A model generated the notes under the pieces. It did no database searches and was not told where the DNA came from. It saw only the letters and a program-made list of their open reading frames with translations. This document shows, in pieces, positions 51,168 through 61,480 of a stretch of 63,939 nt of DNA. Every line of letters starts with the position of its first letter. Positions within the stretch are counted from its first letter, which is position 1. The stretch comes from Octopus bimaculoides (taxonomy: Eukaryota). A program made the translations under genes and the position numbers. The stretch lies in NCBI RefSeq assembly GCF_001194135.2, contig NC_068983.1, positions 20,311,301-20,375,239 on the forward strand, read 5' to 3'.

Positions 51168-51548
51168 GGCGCAGGAGTGGCTGTGTGGTAAGTAGCTTGC
51201 TTACCAACCACGTGGTTCCGGGATCAGTCCTACTGCGTGGCACGTTGGGCAAGTGTCTTCTACTATAGCCTCGGGCCGACCAAAGCCTTGTGAGTGGATT
51301 TGGTAGACGGAAACTGAAAAGAAGCCCGTCGTATATANNNNNNNNNNNNNNNNNNNNNNNNNNNNNNNNNNNNNNNNNNNNNNNNNNNNNNNNNNNNNNN
51401 NNNNNNNNNNNNNNCGCTTGACAACTGATGCTCGTCCCCGTAACGTAGCGGTTCGGCAAAAGAGAATGATAGAATGACTACCAGGCTTACAAAGAATAAG
51501 TCCTGGGGTCGATTTGCTCAAATGACTGAAACAAGTAAGAGTTAAAGA
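51168..51548 (+). mobile_element. SINE B, full length
   Basis: Near-consensus. Gap lies in the internal microsatellite. Confidence 0.92.
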
Positions 51549-51977
51549 GTATATATAATTAATTTATACGTACTTTTTATTCGGTTCTTAATGGTTCTAG
51601 CCAATGCCCGGGGGCCTCACAACTGTAGGAACCCCAATTAAGATCTATGTATGTTGTGGTTTGCTGACAATAAAAGGTCCAGGCAATTGAATTGCCAAAG
51701 GACCTGTAATGTTGCTAAGATGGACCAGGTTCTAGCACTTGTTAATTGCTTTATCATTGACTGTTACTGATTTGGGTTACTGTTTTTGCTCCCTTTTTTG
51801 TCCAATGGACCTTAAAACCATATGCATATATTTGCACACACACTCACATACATACATACATACATACATACATACATCATGAACGTCATTCGGCATCGAG
51901 GATGACTTGGTACTATGTTGATTGTTCATTGACACTCTTTGTATAAAAAAAACGAGAGAGGAGGAGGGGGGAGTGAA

Positions 51978-52010
<33 letters not shown>

Positions 52011-52382
52011 TAGACAGACTAAGACAGAAAGAGCTGTACCAGCACTTAGTTTGTACTTAATTCAGATTTTAAAATAACCAAGTTACTCAATACACCATCC
52101 GATCCCAAAATTGAACCCACGTTTTCATGACCGTAAGCCCAACAGATAGAAAAGGTAAGCTGCTGGAGGAATGACGAAAGTTTAGAGAACAAGTAATTAG
52201 ATCTGCAGGTATGATGAGAGTGTACGTGTGTATACTCTGTGTTTTAATATGCTTCTGTATTGTTCGGTCAACCGTTTAGGCCATGGCGATATCATAATTG
52301 AGACAAACCTGAAATAGAAAACATTCTAGCCGTGAGAGCTCAGTCATGTCTTTCAAACTCAGTGTTTCTAAGTATAACTCAG

Positions 52383-52927
52383 TTACTCTTTTACTCTTTT
52401 ACTTGTTTCAGTCATTTGACTGCGGCCATGCTGGAGCACCGCGTTTAGTCGAGCAAAATGACCCCAGGACTTATTCTTTGTAAGCCTAGTACTTATTCTA
52501 TCGGTCTCTTTTTTGCCGAACCGCTAAGTTACGGGGACGTAAACACACTAGCATCGGTTGTCAAGCGATGTTGGACACACACACACACACACANNNNNNN
52601 NNNNNNNNNNNNNNNNNNNNNNNNNNNNNNNNNNNNNNNNNNNNNNNNNNNNNNNNNNNNNNNNNNNNNNNNNNNNNNNNNNNNNNNNNNNNNNNNNNNN
52701 NNNNNNNNNNNNNNNNNNNNNNNNNNNNNNNNNNNNNNNNNNNNNNNNNNNNTATATATATACATATATACGACGGGCTTCTTTTAAGTTTCTGTCTACC
52801 AAATCCACCCACAAAGCTTTGGTCGGCCCGAGGCTATAATAGGAGACACTTGCCCAAGTTTCCACGCAGTGGGACTGAACCCGGAACCATGTGGTTAGTA
52901 AGCAAGCGACCTACCACACAGCCACTC
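52383..52927 (-). mobile_element. SINE B, full length
   Basis: Near-consensus. Gap lies in the internal microsatellite. Confidence 0.92.
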
Positions 52928-53289
52928 TTTCTTATTTCATTTGCTTCTCTCTTTCTTTTTTTTTGTAAGCCTTTACCTGTCCAAAGCATTTTCATAAGTT
53001 TGTCCTAAACCCGATGCTTGTTTTTAAACCTTTTGTTGGCCCTTGTATCATGCGTTCTGAGTAATATAAAGTTTTCTTTTCAAAAGTCCTAAATTATTCT
53101 GTCGTTAAAAAGAAAAAGAGGAATGTGTATAATATCTCATGCATGAATACCATGGAAATATGTCCTGTGTATCAAGTGTAACACCTAGGACATACAAAGG
53201 GTTAAAATGCTACATGATTCGACAAGGTTTTATTTGATGCTTCTTGCACACCGAGCGACCGCGTGGAGTCCACGCACCTACGCCGTACA

Positions 53290-53475
53290 CGTTTCTGCGT
53301 CAGCACGTTGGTTGAGCGTTGTTCTTGTTGGTTGAGCAGACCCACGATCAAAAGTATTCCAGTTGTGACCATCACTCCTTATTTTTTTTTTTTTACTTTT
53401 TTTACATTGTAAAATGTTTAAGAATGTAAGGTTGTGATTTTAGGGATTTGGCTACTATTGCTACTATGTCAAGGC
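53290..53475 (+). mobile_element. Old dispersed repeat family F (probably an ancient SINE)
   Basis: The gggatttggctactatt motif recurs as (ct)agaaatagcagccaaat at about 38340, 42241 and 62180, with related sequence at 20690 and 63075-63145. Confidence 0.5.
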
Positions 53476-53611
53476 ATCAAGCAGAGGCGCCCTTGACTGC
53501 ACTACCTATATGTGTACAGTACGTCTGTGTATATGGGTATGTATACATGTGTATGAAGAAAATATATGTATGTATATATGTGTGCGTTACTTCGTAATTA
53601 CGTCTTTCAAT

Positions 53612-53887
53612 GGTTTTAGTTATTGGACTGCAGCCATACTGGGGCACCGCCTTGAAGGAATTTTTAGTTGAATCGACCCGCACTTGTTTTCTTTCTAAGT
53701 TTGGTACTTATTCTATCGGTTTCTTTGCCGAATTGCAAAATTACGAGGAAGTAAATACACCAACACAGATCGACAAGTAGTGGACAGGACAAACACACAC
53801 ACACGCACAGAGAAACACACATACACACACACACACACACACACTCGCGCACACACAGAGAAACACACACAGATGTATATATTATAT

Positions 53888-53918
<31 letters not shown>

Positions 53919-54073
53919 GACTTCTATCTGTTTCTGTCTATCAAATCCACTCACAAGCTTTTCGTCGACCCGAGGCTAAAGTAGAAGACACTTGCCCAAG
54001 GTGTCACGTATCGTAACTGAACCCGGGACTTTGTAGTTGCGAAGCAAACTCCTTACCACTCGCCCACGCCTGC
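53612..54073 (-). mobile_element. SINE B, diverged
   Basis: Tail, (CA)n interior and head are recognisable. Confidence 0.8.
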
Positions 54074-54134
54074 TTACGTAATTTATTTTTTGATGAATGA
54101 GGGAGTATATGTGTGCGTTGAATAGGTGTGTATA

Positions 54135-54320
54135 CGAAGGGCTGCTGAAAAATTCCTAGCTTTAAGGGTGTCGCGAAAGTTCCCGAGTTCTTTTACAAGG
54201 TTTAGAAAAACTGAAGGACCACTGCAATGAGTGTATGAATCTGAGAGAGGACTAAGTTGAATAAAATCATAATTAATTGATCGTCTTACCCAAAGCCAGG
54301 AAGTTTTCAATTCCCACTCA
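54135..54320 (+). mobile_element. Second, older copy of the mariner-type MITE
   Basis: ta-cgaagggctgctgaaaaattcctagc..aactgaaggaccactgcaatgag..gccaggaagttttcaattccc aligns to 14642-14852. Confidence 0.75.
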
Positions 54321-54519
54321 GATGTGTGCAGCTAGGTTTGCTTGCGTGCATGCGCGTTAGAGATGAGAATGCAGGGTGTATGTATGTATGTATGCATGTA
54401 TGTATGTATGTATGCACCTGTATACGTACGTGCGTTGACAAACCTTAAAGCCATATACACATATTTGCACACACACCCACACATAAATATACATACATAT
54501 ATATGTATGCATGCATGTC

Positions 54520-54550
<31 letters not shown>

Positions 54551-54692
54551 TCCTGCCCTTCAGAAAATAAAGTTTGCGTATGTGTGTGTGTGTGACTGAG
54601 CGTTCGTCATATGTGTATATTTAGGTGTTTGTCTAAGTGTGTGCATATATTGACATTTCGGAGTTCAACCTTGTGTGTGTGTGTGTGTGTGT

Positions 54693-54733
<41 letters not shown>

Positions 54734-55032
54734 CGAGAGCGAGTCGGCGCGCGCGCACCGGCAAGTGTATGTGGTTCAGAATATAATGAACATGTGTGCT
54801 ACGTGAGCGTACATTTCGTCTTGTGTTACGTATTTCAAAATAAAATGGCGAATCTCTCTACGTACGTTTTGTGTGTGTCGGTGCATGTATTTTAGTATTC
54901 GTAGTTCATTAAAATGATGAATTACTGAGAACGTGTATCCGGGTACAGGTGTAGATGAACGTTTGACTATGTTGTATATATCTGTGTATTGTGTATTCGT
55001 CAGTAGGCTCTGTGTTGTTCATGCACACATTC

Positions 55033-55063
<31 letters not shown>

Positions 55064-55269
55064 AACGAAACCATTTGACTTTGACGGAGTGTAGCTTAAA
55101 ACAATTCGTTACAGTTTTATCAGCAAAATAAATTATGATATGGAACGGAAAATGTCGCAAACAAATAAAGAGATAAATAAATAAATGGTTAAATAAATGA
55201 ATATACAGATAAATAATTATTTTAAATGAAGTTGATTTATGTATTTATTTATCGTTTATATAGTATTGG

Positions 55270-55890
55270 GATGGGAAGAGTTAGATGCGATGCAGGGAAA
55301 AACTCTTCGAACATCAGAGAAAATGCTTTGCAGTATTTGTTCCGGCTCTTTATGTTATGATTTCAAAATCCGATGAGGTCTAAATTGTGTTTCACCCTTT
55401 AGGAGTCGATAAAATAAAGTATCAATCAATGACTGGGGTCGATATAATTTACTGTTCCTTCCACACAGACGTTTTGGCCTGGTATTAATGTACTATCATA
55501 TGCACTTATGAGTTCAAATTCTGCTGAGGTCGACTTCGTCTTTCAACCTTTCGAGATCGATGAAATTAAAAACTAGTTACGCACTGGCGTCGATGTAATC
55601 GATTATACCTCATACCTAAATTTCAGGACTTGTGCCTATAATAAAAAGGATTATTATTATTATTATTATTATTATTGAGGCGGTGAGCTGGAAGAATCGT
55701 TAGCTTAGCACATCGGGCGAAATGCTTAACAGTATTTCGTCTTTCGCTACGTTCTGAGTTCAAATTCCGCCGAGGTCAACTTTGTCTTTAATCCTTTCGG
55801 GGTCGTTAAATTAAGTACCAGTGAAACATTGAGGTTGATGTAATCGACTAGTCAACCCACCGAAATTTCATTAGAAAGGATTATTATTAT
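55270..55890 (+). mobile_element. Three tandem SINE A copies (55270-55480 degenerate, 55505-55660, 55676-55890)
   Basis: The last two are joined through (ATT)n. Confidence 0.8.
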
Positions 55891-55895
55891 TATTA

Positions 55896-55924
<29 letters not shown>

Positions 55925-55927
<3 letters not shown>

Positions 55928-56680
55928 GAGTGAGAGAGCAGTGCTTGCCATCAAAGTGACACTGGACACCAGACTGAAAACATCTTCAGGTAAAACACCC
56001 ACCAGGTATCACATCAAGTGCTTTATATTCATTAAAGTTCATCAGCATCCTATCAACGCCAAGCCTCGACCTGAGTTCTCCGTTTCGAATCAAGGGTATG
56101 TCGTGGATTGATTATCCTGCTATCATGCAAGTTCCTGTGTACATGTCAACACTATATAGAATAAATGCCAATTGTTTGGTACAAATCCTTAACATTACAT
56201 TCAACAGAGTTATAAGGCTTGTAATGTCTGCTACTACCGTTCTTATCCAGCAATAGTACCACCACTAATCTACAATTCACTCAACTGGAAATTCCTCTAG
56301 TCCACAGCTAGTCCCAATATAATCTCTGCCAAGACACCAACGAACAAATGGGTCATGCTACATTAAATTCATAATGAAGACCGCCCGTCTAAGCGACTTA
56401 CCACACGCACAGTTAGACAACGTCCATTACATCATTAACTGAAATCGGATTTCCGCACTACACTACATCTTCCATAATGATTAACATCAAGCTGTCGAGT
56501 TAGGCATGGAAGGCTACCATTTTCCCTCTCCATTGGAACAGCTTAGTGAAATTCTGCTGAAAATCTCACACCTCCGACTAAAGTCACTCGAAGATAGTAT
56601 TGTGTTCGTTTACTAGATTCTTATTTGCCATCTGGACACATCGAACAGTTTTAGCGCTACCATGCCGGAAAAAAAATGCT
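55925..56680 (-). mobile_element. Degenerate RTE-like LINE 3' region with (TAA)n tail
   Basis: Minus strand ..ELRSRLGV.. and a 3' end ccagtgtcactttgatggcaagcactgctctctcactc(aat)n. The upstream extent is uncertain. Confidence 0.4.
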
Positions 56681-57536
56681 GCTAAGCATCGTCCGTATTT
56701 AGCGTCACGTGGCATTTTCATCGCTCTGACTTCTGGTTGTCTCGTACGGTTGACGTATGGTATGTTATGACCCGTTTTGATGGTGAGTGTAGACCCGGGT
56801 CAGGACGGGGTTGTATGGTATGTTATGACCTGTTCGTTTCGATGAGGCCCGGTGCGTTATAACCTGCTGTTTTTCAGCAGGTGGATTCACCACCGGGGTC
56901 ACTACTGGATTTTCGTATTTCGTTTCGGATTTCACTGGTGTGTGAAACCTCGCCGTTTCGGATGGGTGGATGCGCTGCTGTACATTTGCTTTCCACTATC
57001 GCTCACTATTGGCTACGGGTGGCTCCCACTTCGGCTCTGTAGTTAAGCTAACGGTCTCTTAACTTAGTCTTTAATTCAACCCACCCCTAGCCTAATGCTA
57101 CCCGCTGGTATTTCCTTAACATAACCTATTGATCCAATGCTAATTTTCTTTTCCAAGTACATCTACCATTTGTTGATTATAATTTACGCCCGTCGGTTCT
57201 GCTCATGTAGCACATATCCTGTTTCTTGTGCGACTTCCACACCGTAAACGATGCGTTACATCTTTGTATTTGTCTCCAAATTATCTGGGGATGAAATGAG
57301 ATGAATATATACAAAATATATGATTACGTGGACGAGCAATCTCGTTAATACAGGAGGAATATGAAGGACACCGCAGATTCAGAATCAAACTGAGCGCCTG
57401 GTAGTGTATATTTGATCCAATTCCGAAATTCAAAAGCGGAAACTTTGACTTTTACAGTATTGTAATCATATAAAAAGAAAATTTAGCTTTGCTTTCGAAA
57501 ATTTAGTTTTATGGACAGTTGTACACCTTGCTCACT

Positions 57537-57580
<44 letters not shown>

Positions 57581-58289
57581 NNNNNNNNNNNNNNNNNNNN
57601 NNNNNNNNNNNNNNNNNNNNNNNNNNNNNNNNNNNNNNNNNNNNNNNNNNNNNNNNNNNNNNNNNNNNNNNNNNNNNNNNNNNNNNNNNNNNNNNNNNNN
57701 NNNNNNNNNNNNNNNNNNNNNNNNNNNNNNNNNNNNNNNNNNNNNNNNNNNNNNNNNNNNNNNNNNNNNNNNNNNNNNNNNNNNNNNNNNNNNNNNNNNN
57801 NNNNNNNNNNNNNNNNNNAAATTTTCATACCGGTGGCCAGCATGCGTAATAAAGTTAATAGACAACATATTATCATGTAAAATAGTGTACAATTCAACGT
57901 ATTTATACACAAAAGAGGTGACCTTTAACAGGACACCTTACGAAATGAAAAGAGCAGTTAAAGCCCAAACCACGAATAAGTGTAATTTCAAAGGGAATGA
58001 CAATTAAAATAATGTTTGTAGTTACCCTGAGACTCGAGTTTCTGCATCAATGTGTAAATAAATTAATTTGCCATCCGTACTTCTTCAGTGAGGGCGCTAA
58101 AATTAATGCATATTTATGCAACAAATGGCACTGAAAATACACGTGCTACGTACTTATATATTATAATTTCCAAATCCACCGCGCAAGCGCAGATACATTC
58201 AGCAGCATTTAATAATAAAAAAATTAAAACGGCTTCGAAATTATGAAGATTTTACTGTGAAAATAATAAGCGTAGAAAATTTAGAGAAA

Positions 58290-58500
58290 TTTTCTTATAT
58301 ATATATATATAACGACTTCTTCTCTTTTAAACTCTACTTTACTTTTCTTTTATACGCTTCTAATTGATGAAGTACTATCGTCCGAAACGTTAAGAATTGC
58401 CGTTCTCTCAGCGTTAAGCTAATACATTTGTTACAATCTGCCCCTCGTGCATTGTCTTCTGTTGTGTTATTTTGTGACCATTGCTTTCAACCTATATAGA
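58290..58500 (+). mobile_element. TA-flanked Penelope-like LTR remnant with degenerate hammerhead motif (58355-58396)
   Basis: TTGATGA-A-GTAC-tatc-GTCC-GAAACGTT. A related 3' segment lies at 1590-1700. Confidence 0.4.
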
Positions 58501-58507
58501 GATTTTT

Positions 58508-58780
58508 ATCTTTTACTTGTTTCAGTCATTTAACTGCGGCCATACCGGAGCACCACCTTAAAGAATTTTAATCGAAGAAATCGGCCCCCAAGACTTATTC
58601 TTTGTATGCCTAGTACTTATTCTATGGGTATCTTTTGCCGAAACATCGGTTATCAAGCGATGGTGGGGGACAAACACAAAGACACACCTACATATATATA
58701 TATATATATATGACGGACGTCTCTCAGTTTGCGTCTACCAAAGCCACTCACAAGGCTTTGGTAGGCCCAAAGCTATAGTA
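58508..58780 (-). mobile_element. SINE B, partial
   Basis: Tail and body with an internal deletion. Confidence 0.8.
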
Positions 58781-59059
58781 TTCAGTCTCACTGCATGGCC
58801 CAATGTTTACTAGTGGTCTTTTGAGTGAAAATGGGTATGCTCATCATGTGTGCGCGCGCATCATCAGTGTCGGCTTTTCCGATTAGATCGCTTGGGAAAA
58901 CGGTTCTCTGTTTACGTCTGGTAAATTAGTGACATAAGAAATAAAAATACTAAGCTGCTTCAAAGCCGTTTACTCACACACACACACGAGATTGAGAGAT
59001 ACACATTCATATCCACAGAAACCTACATTACGTAACATTCATATGTACATAGGAAAGAA

Positions 59060-59625
59060 GGCGGCGAGCTGGCAGAAACGTTAGCACGCCGGGCGAAATG
59101 CTTAGCGGTATTTCGTCTGCCGTTACGTTCTGAATTCAAATTCCGCCGAGGTCGACTNNNNNNNNNNCTGCCGTTACGTTCTGAATTCAAATTCCGCCGA
59201 GGTCGACTTTGTTTTTTCATCCTTTCGGGGTCGATATATTAAGTACCAGTTATGCACTGGGGTCGACGTAATTTACTAAATCCCTTTGTCCTTGTTTGTC
59301 CCCTCTATGTTAAGCCCCTTGTGGGCAATAAAGAAATAAGAAACGTTAGCACGCCGGGCGAAATGCTTAGCGGTATTTCTTCTGACGTTACGTTCTGAGT
59401 TCAAATTCCGCCGAGGTCGACTTTTCCTTTTATCCTTTTGGGATCGATAAATTAAGTACCAGTTACGCACTGGAGTCGATGTAATCGACTTAATCTCTTT
59501 GTCTGTCATTGTTTGTCCCCTCTATGTTTATCCCCTTGTGGGCAATAAAGAAACAAGAAACGTTAGCACACCGGGCGAAATGCCCTTCCTCCAAATTTTC
59601 GGATCTTGTACTTAGAATAGAAACG
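59060..59625 (+). mobile_element. SINE A trimer, 217-bp period, units joined by the Tx1-like tail
   Basis: Junctions at 59339/59340 and 59556/59557, both ..aataaagaaa(t/c)aa|gaaacgttagc. The third unit is internally deleted. Confidence 0.9.
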
Positions 59626-59945
59626 ATACGTACATAGAAAAGTTCAAACCAAGTCGTAAATCAGAGAGAGAATACGACAGAAGTAACGAAACAGACCTAT
59701 CAAATGTCGAATTAAAGAGGTCCACTAGTCCAGTAAAAAAACTAAAACAAAAAAGACGGGCGGTTATTTTGATGTGCGTTTTTATGAACATACGCACAGC
59801 TGCGTAGGTTTCCTGTATGCTAAATATATGTCACCGTTTTCACGTGTTTACTCTTTATATCTGTCAGGTTGCCGGCCTGTCCAACCTTCACCCCTTACAT
59901 TTCCTCCTAGCTGTCAATCTGTCTTTTTGTTTGGGTTTTATATCT

Positions 59946-60326
59946 GAGGCGCAATGGCCCAGTGGTTAGGGCAGCGGTCTCGCGGTCATAGGATCGCGGT
60001 TTCGATTCCCAGACCGGGCGTTGTGAGTGTTTATTGAGCGAAAACACCTAAAAGCTCCACGAGGCTCCGGCAAGGGACGGTGGCGAACCCTGCTGTACTC
60101 TTTCACCACAACTTTCTCCCACTCTTACTTCCTGTTTCTGTTGTGCCTGTAATTCAAATGGTCAGCCTTGCCACACTGTGTCACGCTGAATATCCCCGAG
60201 AACTACGTTAAGGCTACACGTGTCTGTGGAGTGCTCAGTCACTTGCACGTTTCAAGAGCAGGCTGTTCCGTTGATCGGATCAACTGGAACCCTCGACGTC
60301 GTAAGCGACGGGGTACCAACAACAAT
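59946..60326 (+). mobile_element. SINE C, full length
   Basis: gaggcgcaatggcccagtggttagggcagcgg head and (caa)n tail. Confidence 0.93.
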
Positions 60327-60501
60327 AAGTCTACCCACAGCTTGTAATGTCTCTCTGTTTCTGCATCTATGTCACACTCTCTTGCAGTTTGTTTCTCTCA
60401 CTAAAGTAAAATGTTGTATCAGTATATTGTTACAGTCTACATTTCTTACTTTACTCTTTCCTTCTTGCAACAAATATGAATTATATGTAAAAATAAAATA
60501 A

Positions 60502-60790
60502 ATATTCTGTTGTGCCTAGGGAGAGTCATTCTCTTTTAGTACCTTATAATTTAACACATACACACCGGTAAAATTTCCACTCATTTACTTATTCATTTTT
60601 CTAAAATTTTCGCTGCGTTTTGCAACCTTTTCAATAAATAAATGAGTGGAAATTTTTATCGGTGTCTGTGTTAAATTGTAAGGCATTAAAAGAGAATGAC
60701 TCTCCCCAGACAAAACAGAATATGCTTCAACACACGAACTCGCATAAAGAATCTTGCCAACCAAATCCAAGACCGAAATAAAATAAATGT
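60502..60790. mobile_element. Putative Penelope-like 5' foldback remnant with ORF start
   Basis: Arms 60502-60587 / 60639-60723 with a hammerhead in the loop. ATG at 60696 starts MTLPRQNRICFNTRTRIKNLANQIQDR. Confidence 0.7.
60593..60645 (-). ncRNA. Type I minimal hammerhead fold with U3-A8 core variant
   Basis: TCATTTATTTA | TTGAAAA | G | GTTGC-aaaac-GCAGC | GAA | AATT | T | TAGAAAAATGA: stem I 10 of 11 paired, 5-bp stem II, palindromic stem III. Predicted cut between 60604 and 60603. Confidence 0.62.
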
Positions 60791-60960
60791 GTATATTTCG
60801 AAAATTGGCGCGTTATATTTAAACGAAATACATATAGAGAATAGCATAGCTAAATATATGAATAGTTCGCGCACACACACACACACACACTCACACAATC
60901 ATGCAGACGCACACATAATCCAATTCAAACCTTATATCTTAAAATCTGAACACACTCATA

Positions 60961-60970
60961 CATATCTATC

Positions 60971-61001
<31 letters not shown>

Positions 61002-61108
61002 CTGCCAGTCTGTCTATCTTTCTTGTCTAACTATCTTTCTATTTGTGTCTATCTATCTGTCAGTCTATCTTTCAATCTGTCTGTCTATCTTTCAATAGAC
61101 GACAGGTT

Positions 61109-61144
<36 letters not shown>

Positions 61145-61480
61145 AAGAAAGAAACAGGCATATAAATGGATGGATAGACACAGACAGGCAGACAGACAAA
61201 CAGATAGATGGATGGATGCAGACAGATAGATAGATAAATGAATGAGCACAGACAAATAGATAGATAGATAGATAGATGGATGGATAGACACAGACAGACT
61301 GACAAATAGATGGATGGATGGATAGATAGATAGATAGACACAGAAAGACTGACAGACAGATTGATGAATAGAGACAGACTGACAGATAGATGGATGGATA
61401 GACACAGACAGACAGACTGATAGATGGATGGATAGACACAGACAGACAGCTAGATAGATAGATAGATAGATAGATAGACC
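60961..61480. repeat. (TATC/TGTC)n followed by (GATA/GGAT/GACA)n
   Basis: Direct reading. Strand polarity flips at about 61100. Confidence 0.9.

Noticed and set aside
4243-57912. Long ORF-track entries full of X, or YI/CV/HT/LS repeats
   Set aside because: These are translations of N-gaps and microsatellites.
59117-59208. 41-bp direct repeat flanking a 10-N gap
   Set aside because: Identical sequence on both sides of a nominal gap is a contig-overlap artefact and was not counted as an array unit.
1284-60326. tRNA-like A/B-box heads as tRNA genes, and dispersed repeats as a CRISPR array
   Set aside because: The heads continue into SINE bodies without a complete cloverleaf. The repeats are dispersed, with no regular repeat-spacer structure or cas genes.
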